From an uncultured Candidatus Saccharibacteria bacterium (GTDB lineage: Bacteria; Patescibacteriota; Saccharimonadia; Saccharimonadales; Saccharimonadaceae), in contig CAYNHE010000001.1 in assembly GCA_964397215.1 (NCBI GenBank), forward strand, positions 5,075 through 69,074: a stretch of 64,000 bases of DNA, read 5' to 3'. Of the stretch, positions 29,689 to 40,029 are shown piece after piece; the stretch's first letter is position 1; every line of letters starts with the position of its first letter. The notes beneath the pieces are model-generated. The model saw nothing but the letters and a program-made list of their open reading frames with translations. It was not told the DNA's origin and searched no databases. Made by a program: the position numbers and the translations under genes.

Positions 29689-29696
29689 TCCAACTA

Positions 29697-29725
29697 AAAG
29701 TCCTACCCACAAGGTGGGGCTTTTT
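29697..29725 (+). terminator. Intrinsic terminator after rpmE
   Basis: AAAAGTCCTACC-CACAA-GGTGGGGCTTTTT hairpin plus T tract. Confidence 0.6.
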
Positions 29726-29903
29726 GATGTTTGGGTACTCTGCGCCCTCTTTATAAATCATTCAACATGTCGTTGCAGAATAAGGTTCACTTGACAGAGG
29801 TGAGATTTTTTGCTAAAATCGTCTTATATTATTAAATAATGAAGCACCTAGGGGAGATTTCCTGTTTAATATTCCCTAGCGAAGCGAAAGGAAATATATC
29901 AAA

Positions 29904-30599
29904 ATGACTGTAGAAGTCGATATGAAGACCTTGCTCGAATCTGGAGCACATTTTGGTCACAAAACTAGTCGTTGGCATCCTAAGATGGCGCCTTACATTC
30001 ACAGCAAGCGTCAGGGTGGCCACATTATCAACCTTGAGAAGACGGTCGAAGCGCTTGATCAGGCTCTGCCAGAACTAACCAAAATTGCGGCTAGCGGTAA
30101 GAAGATTCTGTTCGTCGGCACCAAGAAGCAGCTTAAAGATATCACTAAGGCAGCCGCTGAGAGTGTTGACATGCCATATGTGACGGTACGCTGGGTTGGC
30201 GGTATTCTAACTAACGTTGAGACCGTGAATAAACAAATCAAGAAGTTGAAAGATCTTGAGCGCCGGATGGCTTCGGGCGAACTTGAGGCTCGTTACAATA
30301 AACTTGAGGTACAGCGTTTCCAAGAAGAAATCGACCTCTTGAACGAACGCTACGGTGGCGTAAAAGAAATGAGCGAGCAACCAGCTGCAGTGATTGTTCT
30401 CGACGCTATGCAGGACAAGAACGCAGTAAAAGAAGCAAAAACCCTGAAGATTCCGGTATTTGCGATTTGCGACACTAACGTCGACCCAACCAATATCGAT
30501 TACGTTATTCCTGCTAACGACGACGCAATCAAGGCAGTCCAGCTGATTCTCGACTACATGGTTGCCGCTATTAAAGAAGGCAAAGCAAAAACTGAATAA
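29904..30599 (+). CDS. rpsB: 30S ribosomal protein S2
   Basis: GAHFGHKTSRWHPKM, FVGTK, RWVGGILTN, DTNVDP, PANDDA. Confidence 0.97.
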   Translation: MTVEVDMKTLLESGAHFGHKTSRWHPKMAPYIHSKRQGGHIINLEKTVEALDQALPELTKIAASGKKILFVGTKKQLKDITKAAAESVDMPYVTVRWVGGILTNVETVNKQIKKLKDLERRMASGELEARYNKLEVQRFQEEIDLLNERYGGVKEMSEQPAAVIVLDAMQDKNAVKEAKTLKIPVFAICDTNVDPTNIDYVIPANDDAIKAVQLILDYMVAAIKEGKAKTE

Positions 30600-30623
30600 A
30601 ATAATCAACTAAAAGGAGGCAAA

Positions 30624-31247
30624 ATGAGCGAAGAACTAAAAGAAAAAGCCGGCGAAGTCAAGGCTGTTTCGATTGAATTGATTAAAAAACTAAAAGAACT
30701 TTCGGGTGTCGGTCTAACTGATGCCAAGAAAGCACTTGTTGAGGCTAAAGGCGATTTCGACAAGGCTCTCGAAGAAATGCGCAAAAAAGGCATGACCAAA
30801 GCCGAAAAGCGTGGCGATCGCGAGACTCGCGAAGGCGTAGTCGACAGCTACATCCACGATGGTCGTCTTGGTGCGATTATTGAGGTGAACTGCGAGACTA
30901 GTTTCGTAGCAAAGACTGAAGAATTTAAGGATTTGGCTCACAAGTTGGCTATGCAAGTTGCTTCGATGAACCCACTCTATGTCGATATGGAGAGTGTTCC
31001 AGCTGATGTGCTTGATGCCAAGAAGGCAGAGCTCGAAGCTGACTTTAAAGGTCCAGAAAAAATGAAAGATCAAATCATTTCTGGCCAAATCAAGAAGTAT
31101 TTTGCTGATAAAGTTTTGATGTTGCAACCATACATTCTCGACGATTCGATGTCGGTTGAACAATTTATCAAGGAACATATCGCAAAAACTGGTGAAAATA
31201 TCTCAGTTCGTCAGTTCAAGCGTATTGAACTTGGTGTAACCGAATAA
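30624..31247 (+). CDS. tsf: Elongation factor Ts (short type)
   Basis: IKKLKELSGVGLTDAKKAL, EVNCETSFVA. Confidence 0.95.
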   Translation: MSEELKEKAGEVKAVSIELIKKLKELSGVGLTDAKKALVEAKGDFDKALEEMRKKGMTKAEKRGDRETREGVVDSYIHDGRLGAIIEVNCETSFVAKTEEFKDLAHKLAMQVASMNPLYVDMESVPADVLDAKKAELEADFKGPEKMKDQIISGQIKKYFADKVLMLQPYILDDSMSVEQFIKEHIAKTGENISVRQFKRIELGVTE

Positions 31248-31262
31248 AGCAAGAAAATTACA

Positions 31263-31292
31263 CAGGAAGTGCTTCCTTAGGGAGGCACTTTT
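31263..31292 (+). terminator. Intrinsic terminator after tsf
   Basis: AAGTGCTTCC-TTAG-GGAGGCACTT plus T tract. Confidence 0.65.
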
Positions 31293-31351
31293 TGGGTGAT
31301 TGGGCGGAAGTATGTTATACTTGAAGTAAGATAAACGAGAGGAAGTTAGAT

Positions 31352-31894
31352 ATGTTTGACGATAGTGAATATAAGCAGGCGATGGAGGCGGCGATTCAGC
31401 GTTTCCAGGACGCTATGAAAAAGGTGCGCACCGGTCGCGCTCACCCAGACATGTTAGCAAATGTCAAAGTTGAGGCTTATGGTCAGTTCATGCCGCTCAA
31501 TCAGGTAGCCAATATTAACGCTCAAGGTGCCACGATGCTCCTGGTGCAGCCTTTTGACCCGGCCAATATTCAGGCTATTTCTAAAGCAATTCGTGACGAT
31601 CAGGCTTTAGGGCTCAATCCATCCGATGATGGCCATGTAGTACGAGTGCCAGTGCCAGCTCTGACCGAAGAACGTCGTAAAGAAATCGTCAAGCAAGCCA
31701 GCTCGGAGGTAGAAAAAGCCAAAGTTGCAGTGCGTAATGTTCGTGAAGACGCGCGCAAAGAGTTAAAATCCGCTGAACTGCCAGAAGACGTGGTAAAAAA
31801 GGCTGAAAAGAGCGTCGATGAACTGACGAAAAGGTTTTCTGACAAAATCGATGAACTTTTCAAAGAAAAAACCGCCGAAATCATGGCAATCTAA
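31352..31894 (+). CDS. frr: Ribosome recycling factor
   Basis: VRTGRAHP, GLNPSDDG, PALTEERRKE, RNVRED. Confidence 0.96.
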   Translation: MFDDSEYKQAMEAAIQRFQDAMKKVRTGRAHPDMLANVKVEAYGQFMPLNQVANINAQGATMLLVQPFDPANIQAISKAIRDDQALGLNPSDDGHVVRVPVPALTEERRKEIVKQASSEVEKAKVAVRNVREDARKELKSAELPEDVVKKAEKSVDELTKRFSDKIDELFKEKTAEIMAI

Positions 31895-31957
31895 ATTTTG
31901 TCTTAAACTTAGCAAAACACTCACTTATTCGTGAGTGTTTTGTGCTATAATGAGGTT

Positions 31958-33172
31958 ATGAATATAGTATTTGGGATTATTATCGGTCTAGTAGTTTTGA
32001 TGGCGCTGGTAGTGGCGCATGAGTTTGGGCATTTTATCATGTGTCGTCGTAATGGCGTCGATGTAAAAGAGTTCGGCATTGGTTTTCCGCCGCGAGCAGT
32101 GGCTTGGCGTCGTAATCCAGCCTGGAAAAAAGGCAACGGTGAGAAAAAATGGCTAAAATTACCCAAATCCGAATGGAATAAGCCACAGGATACTCTGATT
32201 TTTAGTATTAATTATCTACCGATTGGTGGGTTTTGCTCGATGGATGGCGAATCGGATGCCGATACGCGCAAAGGAACTTTTGGGGCGGCAAGCTTCTGGG
32301 CTAAGACCAAAATCCTCTTTGGTGGTGTGATGATGAACTGGTTGGTGGCTTTTGTACTACTAACTATTCTAGCGGTTTTTGGCATGCCGCAGTTTATCGA
32401 GAATCAGTTTTACTTAGGTAATGATGCGAAGATTGAGGGCGGTGGCGTCACGGTAACTGAAGTGATGGAAGAGTCGCCGGCGGCGCGCGCTGGTTTACAG
32501 ACTGGCGACCGGATTGTCCGAGTTGGCGATAGTGACGTGATTTACCCAACTGATGTAACCAATTTTGGCAATGCCCATGCTGGTGAGACGGTTAATTATA
32601 CGGTGGAACGTGAGGGGAGCGAGATGACCGTTGAAGCCGACTTAAATGAGGCTGGTGCAGATTATATATTAGGCGTAGCGATGGCTTATGGTCAGAGTTA
32701 TATTCGTTCGACTTGGTCGGCACCGATTGTGGGTGCTGGGTTAACTTTGCAATTAACTGGTGAGACTTTTCGTGGACTAGGTAATATGGTCTGGGGATTT
32801 GTATCGGGCGTGTTCAGTCAGTTTAGTGCGGATTCGACCGTACGTGAGAATGGTCAAGCGGCGATTTCGGCGGCTGGTGACTCAGTGAGCGGTCCGGTTG
32901 GTATTATTGGCGTGATTTTCCCGGCTTTTGCGGAGAGCGGATTGGCTAATTTGACTTTCTTGGCGGCTTTGATCTCGGTTTCTCTAGCCTGTATGAACGT
33001 TATTCCGATTCCAGCGCTTGACGGTGGTCGTTGGTTAATGATTGCAATTTATCGGATTCGTGGCAAGAAACTAGAGAAAGAAACCGAAGAAAAAATCGTT
33101 TCACGAGCGTTCATGGTATTAATGATTCTGATTGTGCTAATTACTATTCTAGATATAACGAGGTTGTTTTAG
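31958..33172 (+). CDS. rseP: RseP-like M50 intramembrane metalloprotease with PDZ domain
   Basis: HEFGH, GGVMMN, NVIPIPALDGG; ATG 31958. Confidence 0.9.
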   Translation: MNIVFGIIIGLVVLMALVVAHEFGHFIMCRRNGVDVKEFGIGFPPRAVAWRRNPAWKKGNGEKKWLKLPKSEWNKPQDTLIFSINYLPIGGFCSMDGESDADTRKGTFGAASFWAKTKILFGGVMMNWLVAFVLLTILAVFGMPQFIENQFYLGNDAKIEGGGVTVTEVMEESPAARAGLQTGDRIVRVGDSDVIYPTDVTNFGNAHAGETVNYTVEREGSEMTVEADLNEAGADYILGVAMAYGQSYIRSTWSAPIVGAGLTLQLTGETFRGLGNMVWGFVSGVFSQFSADSTVRENGQAAISAAGDSVSGPVGIIGVIFPAFAESGLANLTFLAALISVSLACMNVIPIPALDGGRWLMIAIYRIRGKKLEKETEEKIVSRAFMVLMILIVLITILDITRLF

Positions 33173-33900
33173 TGGGCGCTAAGTTCAAGTTGAATAAAAA
33201 GACGGTGGGCATGATTGTTTTTGAGCTGGTTTTTGCAGTACTCGCGACCGTGGCCAGTCAATATGTGGTAGGTTTTCCGATGATTTGGCTGCTTGGTGAT
33301 AATTTCGGTCAGCCAATTTGGACATTAGTATATTATATTCTCTCCTATGCGTTGGCGCTTTGGATGATTTTTTGGCTGGCGCCGAAACTTTGGCAACAGG
33401 CTGCACATAATGACAAAATGGCCACCAATAAGACTGAACTTGGTGTCGATAAGTGGCCGACTTTCGTTGATTTAGGTCTCGCGCCGGTTGGTTATGTGGC
33501 TTATTTGATTCTAGCGCGGATTTTGACATCGATAATGGGGATTATGCCATGGTTCAATGCGGACGAGCCACAAGATGTCGGGTTTTCTTACTTAGGGAGT
33601 TTTGCCGATAAAATCATTGCCTTTATGGCGATTGTGGTGATTGCGCCACTAGCCGAAGAACTGATTATGCGCGGCTGGCTGTATGGCAAAGTACGCAACA
33701 AGTTGAAAATGCTACCAGCCATGTTGCTAATTAGTGTGCTATTTGGGCTGCTGCATGGTCAGTGGAATGCTGGAGTAGCGACTTTTACGCTGTCGATGAT
33801 TCTTTGTAGTATGCGTGAAATGACCGGTTCGATTTGGAGCGGCGTGCTACTGCATATGTTATCGAATGGTATCGCGTTTTATCTGCTGTATTCGTTGTAA
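33172..33900 (+). CDS. CPBP (CAAX/Abi) intramembrane glutamic protease
   Basis: PLAEELIMRG, FGLLH, LLHMLSN; GTG overlapping the rseP stop is the probable start. Confidence 0.85.
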   Translation: MGAKFKLNKKTVGMIVFELVFAVLATVASQYVVGFPMIWLLGDNFGQPIWTLVYYILSYALALWMIFWLAPKLWQQAAHNDKMATNKTELGVDKWPTFVDLGLAPVGYVAYLILARILTSIMGIMPWFNADEPQDVGFSYLGSFADKIIAFMAIVVIAPLAEELIMRGWLYGKVRNKLKMLPAMLLISVLFGLLHGQWNAGVATFTLSMILCSMREMTGSIWSGVLLHMLSNGIAFYLLYSL

Positions 33901-33960
33901 AAGGGTTACTGTGATGTAATTGCACCCTCGTGGTGCCCTTTTTGTGATATAATATATATT

Positions 33961-35184
33961 ATGAAACTAACTCAGACTTTTTTTAAAACTCTCCGGAACG
34001 CTCCAAAAGAAGAAACGGCGCGTGGTGCCGGCTATCTTAGTCAGGCTGGTTACGTGCATAAGGAACTAGCTGGAATTTATGATTATTTGCCTTTGGGCCT
34101 ACGTGTACTTGAGAACATCAAGAAAATCATTCGCGAAGAATTGAACGCGATTGGCTGCGAAGAAGTATTGATGTCAACTCTGCAGAACCCGGTTCTCTGG
34201 GAAAAAACCGATCGTTGGGACATCAAGAAAATGGACGTCTGGTTCAAGACAGAACTTGCAGCTGGTGGCGAACTAGGTCTCGCGCCTACGCACGAAGAGC
34301 CTTTTACCGAAATGATGAAGACTTTTATCAATAGTTACAAGGATTTGCCGGTTTACGCTTACCAATTCCAGACTAAATTCCGTAACGAGTTGCGCGCCAA
34401 ATCTGGCATCATGCGTACACGTGAATTCTTAATGAAGGATTTGTATAGTTTCTCGACAGACGAGGCGTCGCATGACGAATTTTATCACAAAGTCGAGCTC
34501 GCTTACAAGCGCATTTATGAGCGGCTGGGGCTGGGTGATTGCACTTATCAGACTTTTGCGAGTGGTGGCGTTTTCTCTAAATACAGCCACGAGTTCCAGA
34601 CGGTTATTGAAGTTGGTGAAGATATGATTTGGCATAATGCCGACTGGAGCATCGTCTTGAACGAAGAAGTCGTGAATGACGAGACCCTGGCGAGTTTCAA
34701 CGTGAAACGCGAAGAGCTGCAGAGCACTAGGGCGGCGGAAGTTGGTAATATTTTCACTCTGAAAGACAAATATTCAGCGCCGCTCGGACTAGAATTTACC
34801 GACCAAGACAACCAAAAACACCCAGTTTTCATGGGTTGCTATGGCATTGGCGTCTCTCGTGTGATGGGGGTGATTGCGGAGAAATTTGCCGACGACAAGG
34901 GCCTAGTCTGGCCGACCGAAGTTGCACCATTCCGCTATCATATGGTGGGAATTGGCGATGAAGGAATGGAAAAGGCCGCGGAATTCTACCGTGGACACGA
35001 GGACGAGATTCTGTTTGACGACCGTGATCTCCGCCCAGGTGAAAAATTCGCCGACGCTGAGCTAATTGGTATTCCAACGCGCATTGTAATTAGCGATCGC
35101 AGTTTGCAAAATGGCGAAATCGAGGTTGCTGACCGTGCTACCGGTGAAAAACGCATGGTTAAACTAGACGGGTGGAGTTGGTAG
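33961..35184 (+). CDS. proS: Prolyl-tRNA synthetase (short form, no editing insertion)
   Basis: APTHEE, QTKFRNELR, RTREFLMKD, MGCYGIGVSR, GEKFADAELIG. Confidence 0.95.
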   Translation: MKLTQTFFKTLRNAPKEETARGAGYLSQAGYVHKELAGIYDYLPLGLRVLENIKKIIREELNAIGCEEVLMSTLQNPVLWEKTDRWDIKKMDVWFKTELAAGGELGLAPTHEEPFTEMMKTFINSYKDLPVYAYQFQTKFRNELRAKSGIMRTREFLMKDLYSFSTDEASHDEFYHKVELAYKRIYERLGLGDCTYQTFASGGVFSKYSHEFQTVIEVGEDMIWHNADWSIVLNEEVVNDETLASFNVKREELQSTRAAEVGNIFTLKDKYSAPLGLEFTDQDNQKHPVFMGCYGIGVSRVMGVIAEKFADDKGLVWPTEVAPFRYHMVGIGDEGMEKAAEFYRGHEDEILFDDRDLRPGEKFADAELIGIPTRIVISDRSLQNGEIEVADRATGEKRMVKLDGWSW

Positions 35185-35306
35185 GACTGGTTTCTGCCGA
35201 AAGATTGCTGATAACTCTTGATATTTCTTATTACCTTAATATTTCCTGCCAAAAAGTTTAAAAATCATAGACAATATCGTTACTTCGTGTTAAACTGTTG
35301 ATAGTT

Positions 35307-35750
35307 ATGAAAAAGACTGTAAATCTCACAACAGCTGGAAAAGCTGAACTAGAACAAGAATTGGCTAATCTAATTGCGCAACGCCCAGCGATTGCCGAGC
35401 GGATTGCGACGGCGCGAGCTTTTGGCGATTTGTCCGAGAATCAAGAGTATACTGACGCTCGGTCCGAACAGAAGAACGTCGAGAACCGTATCATGGAGAT
35501 TCAGGAGATTCTCAAGGATGCTGTCCTGATTAAGCCTAAGCGTACCGCTAACATTACGATCGGTTCGACAGTGATTATTAAAATGAATGGTAAAGAATTT
35601 ACTTATTCTATCGTTGGTCCGGTCGAGGCAAATCCGCTCGAAGGCAAGATTTCTCACGAATCGCCGATTGGCAAAGAGCTCATGGGCCGCAAAGTTGGCG
35701 ATAAATTCGATTTCAATGGCAAAAAAGTCGAAATCAAAAGCCTTGGATAA
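35307..35750 (+). CDS. greA: Transcription elongation factor GreA
   Basis: GDLSENQEY, ISHESPIGKELMG; ATG 35307. Confidence 0.95.
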   Translation: MKKTVNLTTAGKAELEQELANLIAQRPAIAERIATARAFGDLSENQEYTDARSEQKNVENRIMEIQEILKDAVLIKPKRTANITIGSTVIIKMNGKEFTYSIVGPVEANPLEGKISHESPIGKELMGRKVGDKFDFNGKKVEIKSLG

Positions 35751-35774
35751 TTATTTTGTTAATATAGGTTAAAA

Positions 35775-35806
35775 AATCCCCCGGTGAGCATAACTCTCCG
35801 GGGGTT
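35775..35806. terminator. Hairpin between convergent greA and hypothetical gene
   Basis: AATCCCCCGG...CCGGGGGTT inverted repeat. Confidence 0.55.
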
Positions 35807-35841
35807 CTTGTTGGGCTTGTTTGGAACTTTCCTATGCAGCA

Positions 35842-38232
35842 TTAGGTGTCACTAGACGCCACGTTCCCCTCGGCAACTTTATCCTTGGAGAAAATGAACA
35901 TTCCAGCAACTTCCTTGGCGCCGATGTCTTTCATCGCATGGTAAATATTTACCAAAGCACTGCGATTGATTTCGAACTCGGTGGCCGCGTAGTTGTCAGT
36001 TATCATAACGATCGAGCTCTGGTAATAAACCAGCTCATCGGTTGGCTGAGAGGAGTCAATCAGAGATTTAATCTCGTCAAGCTTCATCCTTTTGCAGACC
36101 GTGTAGGAGTCGGTATTCTCGGTTACCTGATCGTTGACAAAAACCGTCTCGTCAAAGGTGGTTGAGAATCCATCGCCTTCGCCAGCCACAATTTGCTCGA
36201 CCACTTCCAGTGAAATAGAGTGTGTCATGATTAAGCCGCTTTCCGGCATACAAATATATCGGAGCAAGTGAGATGATTCGTTGTTCTTTTTCATCTCGTT
36301 AAGCATAGTCTGCGCCTGATCGGGCGTGACCTTAGCCAGACAGGTATAAACCCCGTCTGACTGCTTGTCAAATGCCCCATACTGGTTAGCCGGCAGGTCA
36401 AAGGCGGAACCCGGTTCAGCTGCCACAGCAGTTACTACGATACCATCGTCGGTATCGTTATCGTCGGAGGAATCCTCCTTGGTTGCTGCTTCGGTATCGG
36501 CATCTTCCTGCTCAGCAGACTTGTCAGTCGCCGCGGACTCTAATCCTGTGCCAGCCTGGTTGTTGTCCTGACCATCGTTCTGGTCAGCTGCCGGCGCTTC
36601 CTCTGCTTTGTCCGTCTCTTCGTCGATTGTCTCTTCCGGAATCGGTTCGACCATCGGCGTGGGTTCCGTCCATTCCTCATCTTTAGCAAACATCGGGCCA
36701 ACTACTTTCCAGAAAAAGAAGACAGCTCCCACGAACATCGCCAAGATAACGACTATGGCAATAGCTATTCCAATAACCTTGCCAGCACTTTTCTTAGGTC
36801 GCGCAAATCTCGGGTCGCCGGAATCGTCGTCTTCCACGATTTCGCCCTCTACTACAGGTGTCGGCTCTTCAAATCCATCACCTTCACCGTTAGCCTGCTG
36901 CCAAGCGTTATAAGCACCTGATGAGTTAGCGCCAACATTCTGGTCGCGATTATTATGGTCACGAATTTTCTTGACATTATTATAAATCCGCTGCAGCTCT
37001 TCAACGTTAAGCGTAATGAGGTTGCCGTAAATCACGTCCTGACGCATTTCATACTTCGCGTCAGCGAAACTGAACTCAGGATTGTCTTCGCAGATTTTTC
37101 TGAATACAGCCGGTATTTTGTCTGGAGACTCGCAGACTAAGCATTTCACCGACACATTGCCATCTTCATCGCCGATATAATCAGCGACGGTATATTGGGT
37201 GTCGAGCAAATACTCGCAGTAGGCCTTGACGTGGCTCGCCGAGGCCTTTCCGAGCACATCGAGGTTGTCCCATTTAGTAGGGGTCATATCCTCAATCCTC
37301 TCGATAATGAACTCGGCCATCGAGTTAGACATGTTCTGAACTTCATAGAATCTGCTCTGAACCATGAAGCTCATATCCGCCGCCACGGTTGCGCGAAAAT
37401 CTTCGTAACTGATCTCCTCTTTTGTCTGTGCTGACTGTTCCTGCGTCCCGTTTTCCTCATCCTCGTTACCGAAGAAGTCGTTAAGGAAATCGTCGACGTC
37501 AAGGTTAAGGTCAACTTCGCCCGATTTATCGGGCTTATTGTCCTGATTCTGAGAGCCCTGATCCGAACCGGAATCCTGCCGGCCGTTCTGATTCTGCTCA
37601 TTCTGGCCTGAATTTTGGCTCCCCTCGTTCTGATTCTGGTCGTCCTGCGCCTGATTCTGACTTGCGTTGTCGGTGTTCGTTGCCGGTGTTACCGGGTTAG
37701 CACTCGACTGGGGCTTAGGTAACCTTGCCAGTACCATCTCGGTTTCCTCGATGGTCGGCTGGACAAAAGCCTGCGCAATCTTCAGAGATTCGAGCATAGA
37801 AATACCATATTCGTCTCTCAGAGAACTTGCCAAGTCAAACCCAGTGGCTTCGTCCGACTTCAGGCAGACTGTTCTTGCGAGGTCCAAGAGACCTTCGCGA
37901 AACTCTTCCGGTGTAGGCGAGTTGATTTCTAACTCCTCGCATATGAGCGTCAGCTCCGCACTACTAATTAAATTCTTTCTTCCTTTCATTTCATTTCCCT
38001 CCATATCGTCTTCTGTATCTTCTGGTTTTGCCGTCATGACGGGGTCTGCCGCCAAGATGTCATCCTCCCCGATGACAGTTGCGCTTGTATTGGGCTGAAT
38101 CGGTTTTTGCTCCGGCTGGTTCGCAGGAGACATCGATTCGGCCGTCTGTTGACCGCTGTTTGACGTGCCCGGACGCCAATTCATAGTGCCGAAATTGGGG
38201 TACATTTGTCCCCAGCCATTCTTATACATCAT
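35842..38232 (-). CDS. Large acidic hypothetical protein, one central TM, Q/N/D-rich segments
   Basis: 796-aa ORF with AGGAGGGAGG RBS; no recognisable domain. Confidence 0.7.
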   Translation of the reverse strand: MMYKNGWGQMYPNFGTMNWRPGTSNSGQQTAESMSPANQPEQKPIQPNTSATVIGEDDILAADPVMTAKPEDTEDDMEGNEMKGRKNLISSAELTLICEELEINSPTPEEFREGLLDLARTVCLKSDEATGFDLASSLRDEYGISMLESLKIAQAFVQPTIEETEMVLARLPKPQSSANPVTPATNTDNASQNQAQDDQNQNEGSQNSGQNEQNQNGRQDSGSDQGSQNQDNKPDKSGEVDLNLDVDDFLNDFFGNEDEENGTQEQSAQTKEEISYEDFRATVAADMSFMVQSRFYEVQNMSNSMAEFIIERIEDMTPTKWDNLDVLGKASASHVKAYCEYLLDTQYTVADYIGDEDGNVSVKCLVCESPDKIPAVFRKICEDNPEFSFADAKYEMRQDVIYGNLITLNVEELQRIYNNVKKIRDHNNRDQNVGANSSGAYNAWQQANGEGDGFEEPTPVVEGEIVEDDDSGDPRFARPKKSAGKVIGIAIAIVVILAMFVGAVFFFWKVVGPMFAKDEEWTEPTPMVEPIPEETIDEETDKAEEAPAADQNDGQDNNQAGTGLESAATDKSAEQEDADTEAATKEDSSDDNDTDDGIVVTAVAAEPGSAFDLPANQYGAFDKQSDGVYTCLAKVTPDQAQTMLNEMKKNNESSHLLRYICMPESGLIMTHSISLEVVEQIVAGEGDGFSTTFDETVFVNDQVTENTDSYTVCKRMKLDEIKSLIDSSQPTDELVYYQSSIVMITDNYAATEFEINRSALVNIYHAMKDIGAKEVAGMFIFSKDKVAEGNVASSDT

Positions 38233-38332
38233 AATTTTCCTCCCTCCTGCGTTTTACGCGAAAATGTGTCTCTGAATGGTTGTCCAACTGTCCGAACATA
38301 AAGTTCGGTATAGGTCTTTTTTGATTTTTCAT
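38222..38332 (-). CDS. Candidate 36-aa small ORF overlapping the start of the 796-aa gene
   Basis: GGAGGG then ATG; MKNQKRPIPNFMFGQLDNHSETHFRVKRRREENYDV*. Confidence 0.35.
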   Translation of the reverse strand: MKNQKRPIPNFMFGQLDNHSETHFRVKRRREENYDV

Positions 38333-38467
38333 CTTTTCCCTCCATAAAAATCAAAATTTTTCTCGTTAATCTATATAAAACAGTTTTCACTGGAAACAAA
38401 ATGTGTTACTGTTCCAAACAAACTGTTAAGGTTCAATAGGGTAGAAACAATTCCCACCCCTATTCTC

Positions 38468-38496
38468 ATTGTATCACACCAGAGGTAATTTGTCAA
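38468..38496 (-). promoter_or_regulatory. sigma70 promoter of the accessory unit
   Basis: TTGACA-17 bp-TACAAT with extended TG. Confidence 0.65.
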
Positions 38497-38576
38497 CCCC
38501 CTTTTGTTTACATTTAGGGTAAACTGGCGAAGTTTCCCTACCTTTTTCCGCTAAAATATGTTAAAATTAAGGTATT

Positions 38577-40028
38577 ATGACTACTTTAAATGATTATCGA
38601 GACGAGCGTTTGCGCAAATTAGCGGAGATTCGGGGGCTGAGGATTAATCCTTACCCGGCAAAATCGCATCGAAATGTCAAAATTAACGAGATTTTGGAGC
38701 ATTTTGATGAGCGACAGGGGCAAAAAGTGACGGTGGCTGGGCGAATTACGGCGATTCGGAGCTTCGGTAAGATTGCGTTCGTGAAGATTCGGGATTTTTT
38801 TGGTGAAATTCAGATTTTTTTGCAAAAAGAAGACGAGCAGGAGGGTTTATTTAACATTAAACGCCTGAAATTGCTCGATACAGGTGATTTTGTCGAAGCG
38901 ACTGGCACGGTCGAGAAGAGCTCGACTGGGGAGATTTCGGTTTTTGCTAATCAATTACGACTGCTAACTAAGGCGTTGAGACCACTGCCGGGCTTCGATG
39001 GGCTAAAAAATAAGGAGGAGCGTTATCGCCGACGCTACGTCGATATGAACGTGAATCCAGAGGTGCGCGAGCGTTTGGTGCGTCGTTCCAAATTCTGGCA
39101 GGCGACTAGGGATTTTATGAATAGCCGTGGTTTTGTCGAGGTGAACGTTCCGGTGCTGGAACATACGACTGGTGGGGCGGATGCCACGCCGTTTGTTACA
39201 CACATGGATGCGCTGGATGAGGATTTTTATCTAAGAATTAGTCATGAATTGCCGCTGAAACGCCTGTTGGGTGGTGGTTTTGATAAAGTTTATGATATTG
39301 GACCACGTTTTCGCAATGAGGGGATTGATGATGAACATCTGCCGGAACATATCGCGTTTGAGAGTTATGCCGCGTTCGAGGATTATGAGGACGGCATGGA
39401 TCTCTATGAAGAAATGATTAAATACGTCGCGAAGGAGACTTGGGGGACGCTGCAGTTTAACGTGGGCGGTTTCGAGGTGAATCTTGACCAAAAATGGCCG
39501 CGCGTAAAATACGCCGACCTGCTGATGGAAAAGTTCGGCATTGACGTGTTTAAGCCTGATCGAGCTAAGATGATTGAGATTTTGAAGAAGGAGGGGGTCG
39601 AAATTGATGACAAAGTCGCCGATGCGAGGTTGATTGATAACCTCTGGAAGTTGATTCGCAAGACTTCGGCTGGACCGTATTGGCTGGTCGAAGAGCCGCT
39701 GAGCTTGAGTCCGCTAGCCAAGGTGAGTGACGAAAATCCGCTCGTGACGCAGCGTTTTCACCCGATTATTGCTGGTACCGAAATGGGTAATGGTTATTCT
39801 GAGTTGAACGATCCGCTAGACCAGTTGGCGCGATTTCAAGAACAACAAGCGATGCGTGACAACGGGGATTCTGAAGCGCAAATGCTCGATATGGATTTCG
39901 TTGAAATGCTTGAATATGGTATGCCGCCGGCTTGTGGTTGGGGTAATAGCGAACGGAATTTCTGGCTACTCGAAGGCGTGAGCGGCCGTGAGGCGGTGCC
40001 ATTCCCGTTGATTAAGAGCAAGGAATAA
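38577..40028 (+). CDS. lysS: Lysyl-tRNA synthetase (class II)
   Basis: NPYP, RYRRRYVD, GGADATPF, FRNEG, NGYSELNDP. Confidence 0.96.
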   Translation: MTTLNDYRDERLRKLAEIRGLRINPYPAKSHRNVKINEILEHFDERQGQKVTVAGRITAIRSFGKIAFVKIRDFFGEIQIFLQKEDEQEGLFNIKRLKLLDTGDFVEATGTVEKSSTGEISVFANQLRLLTKALRPLPGFDGLKNKEERYRRRYVDMNVNPEVRERLVRRSKFWQATRDFMNSRGFVEVNVPVLEHTTGGADATPFVTHMDALDEDFYLRISHELPLKRLLGGGFDKVYDIGPRFRNEGIDDEHLPEHIAFESYAAFEDYEDGMDLYEEMIKYVAKETWGTLQFNVGGFEVNLDQKWPRVKYADLLMEKFGIDVFKPDRAKMIEILKKEGVEIDDKVADARLIDNLWKLIRKTSAGPYWLVEEPLSLSPLAKVSDENPLVTQRFHPIIAGTEMGNGYSELNDPLDQLARFQEQQAMRDNGDSEAQMLDMDFVEMLEYGMPPACGWGNSERNFWLLEGVSGREAVPFPLIKSKE

Positions 40029-40029
40029 A

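Noticed and set aside
29683-30615. Repeated AAATAATC(C)AACTAAAAG after the rpmE and rpsB stops
   Set aside because: Short, AT-rich and only two copies; cannot be distinguished from chance or local convergence.
35842-38232. Prophage or integrative element
   Set aside because: No integrase, terminase, capsid or att-like repeats recognised here or elsewhere in the window.
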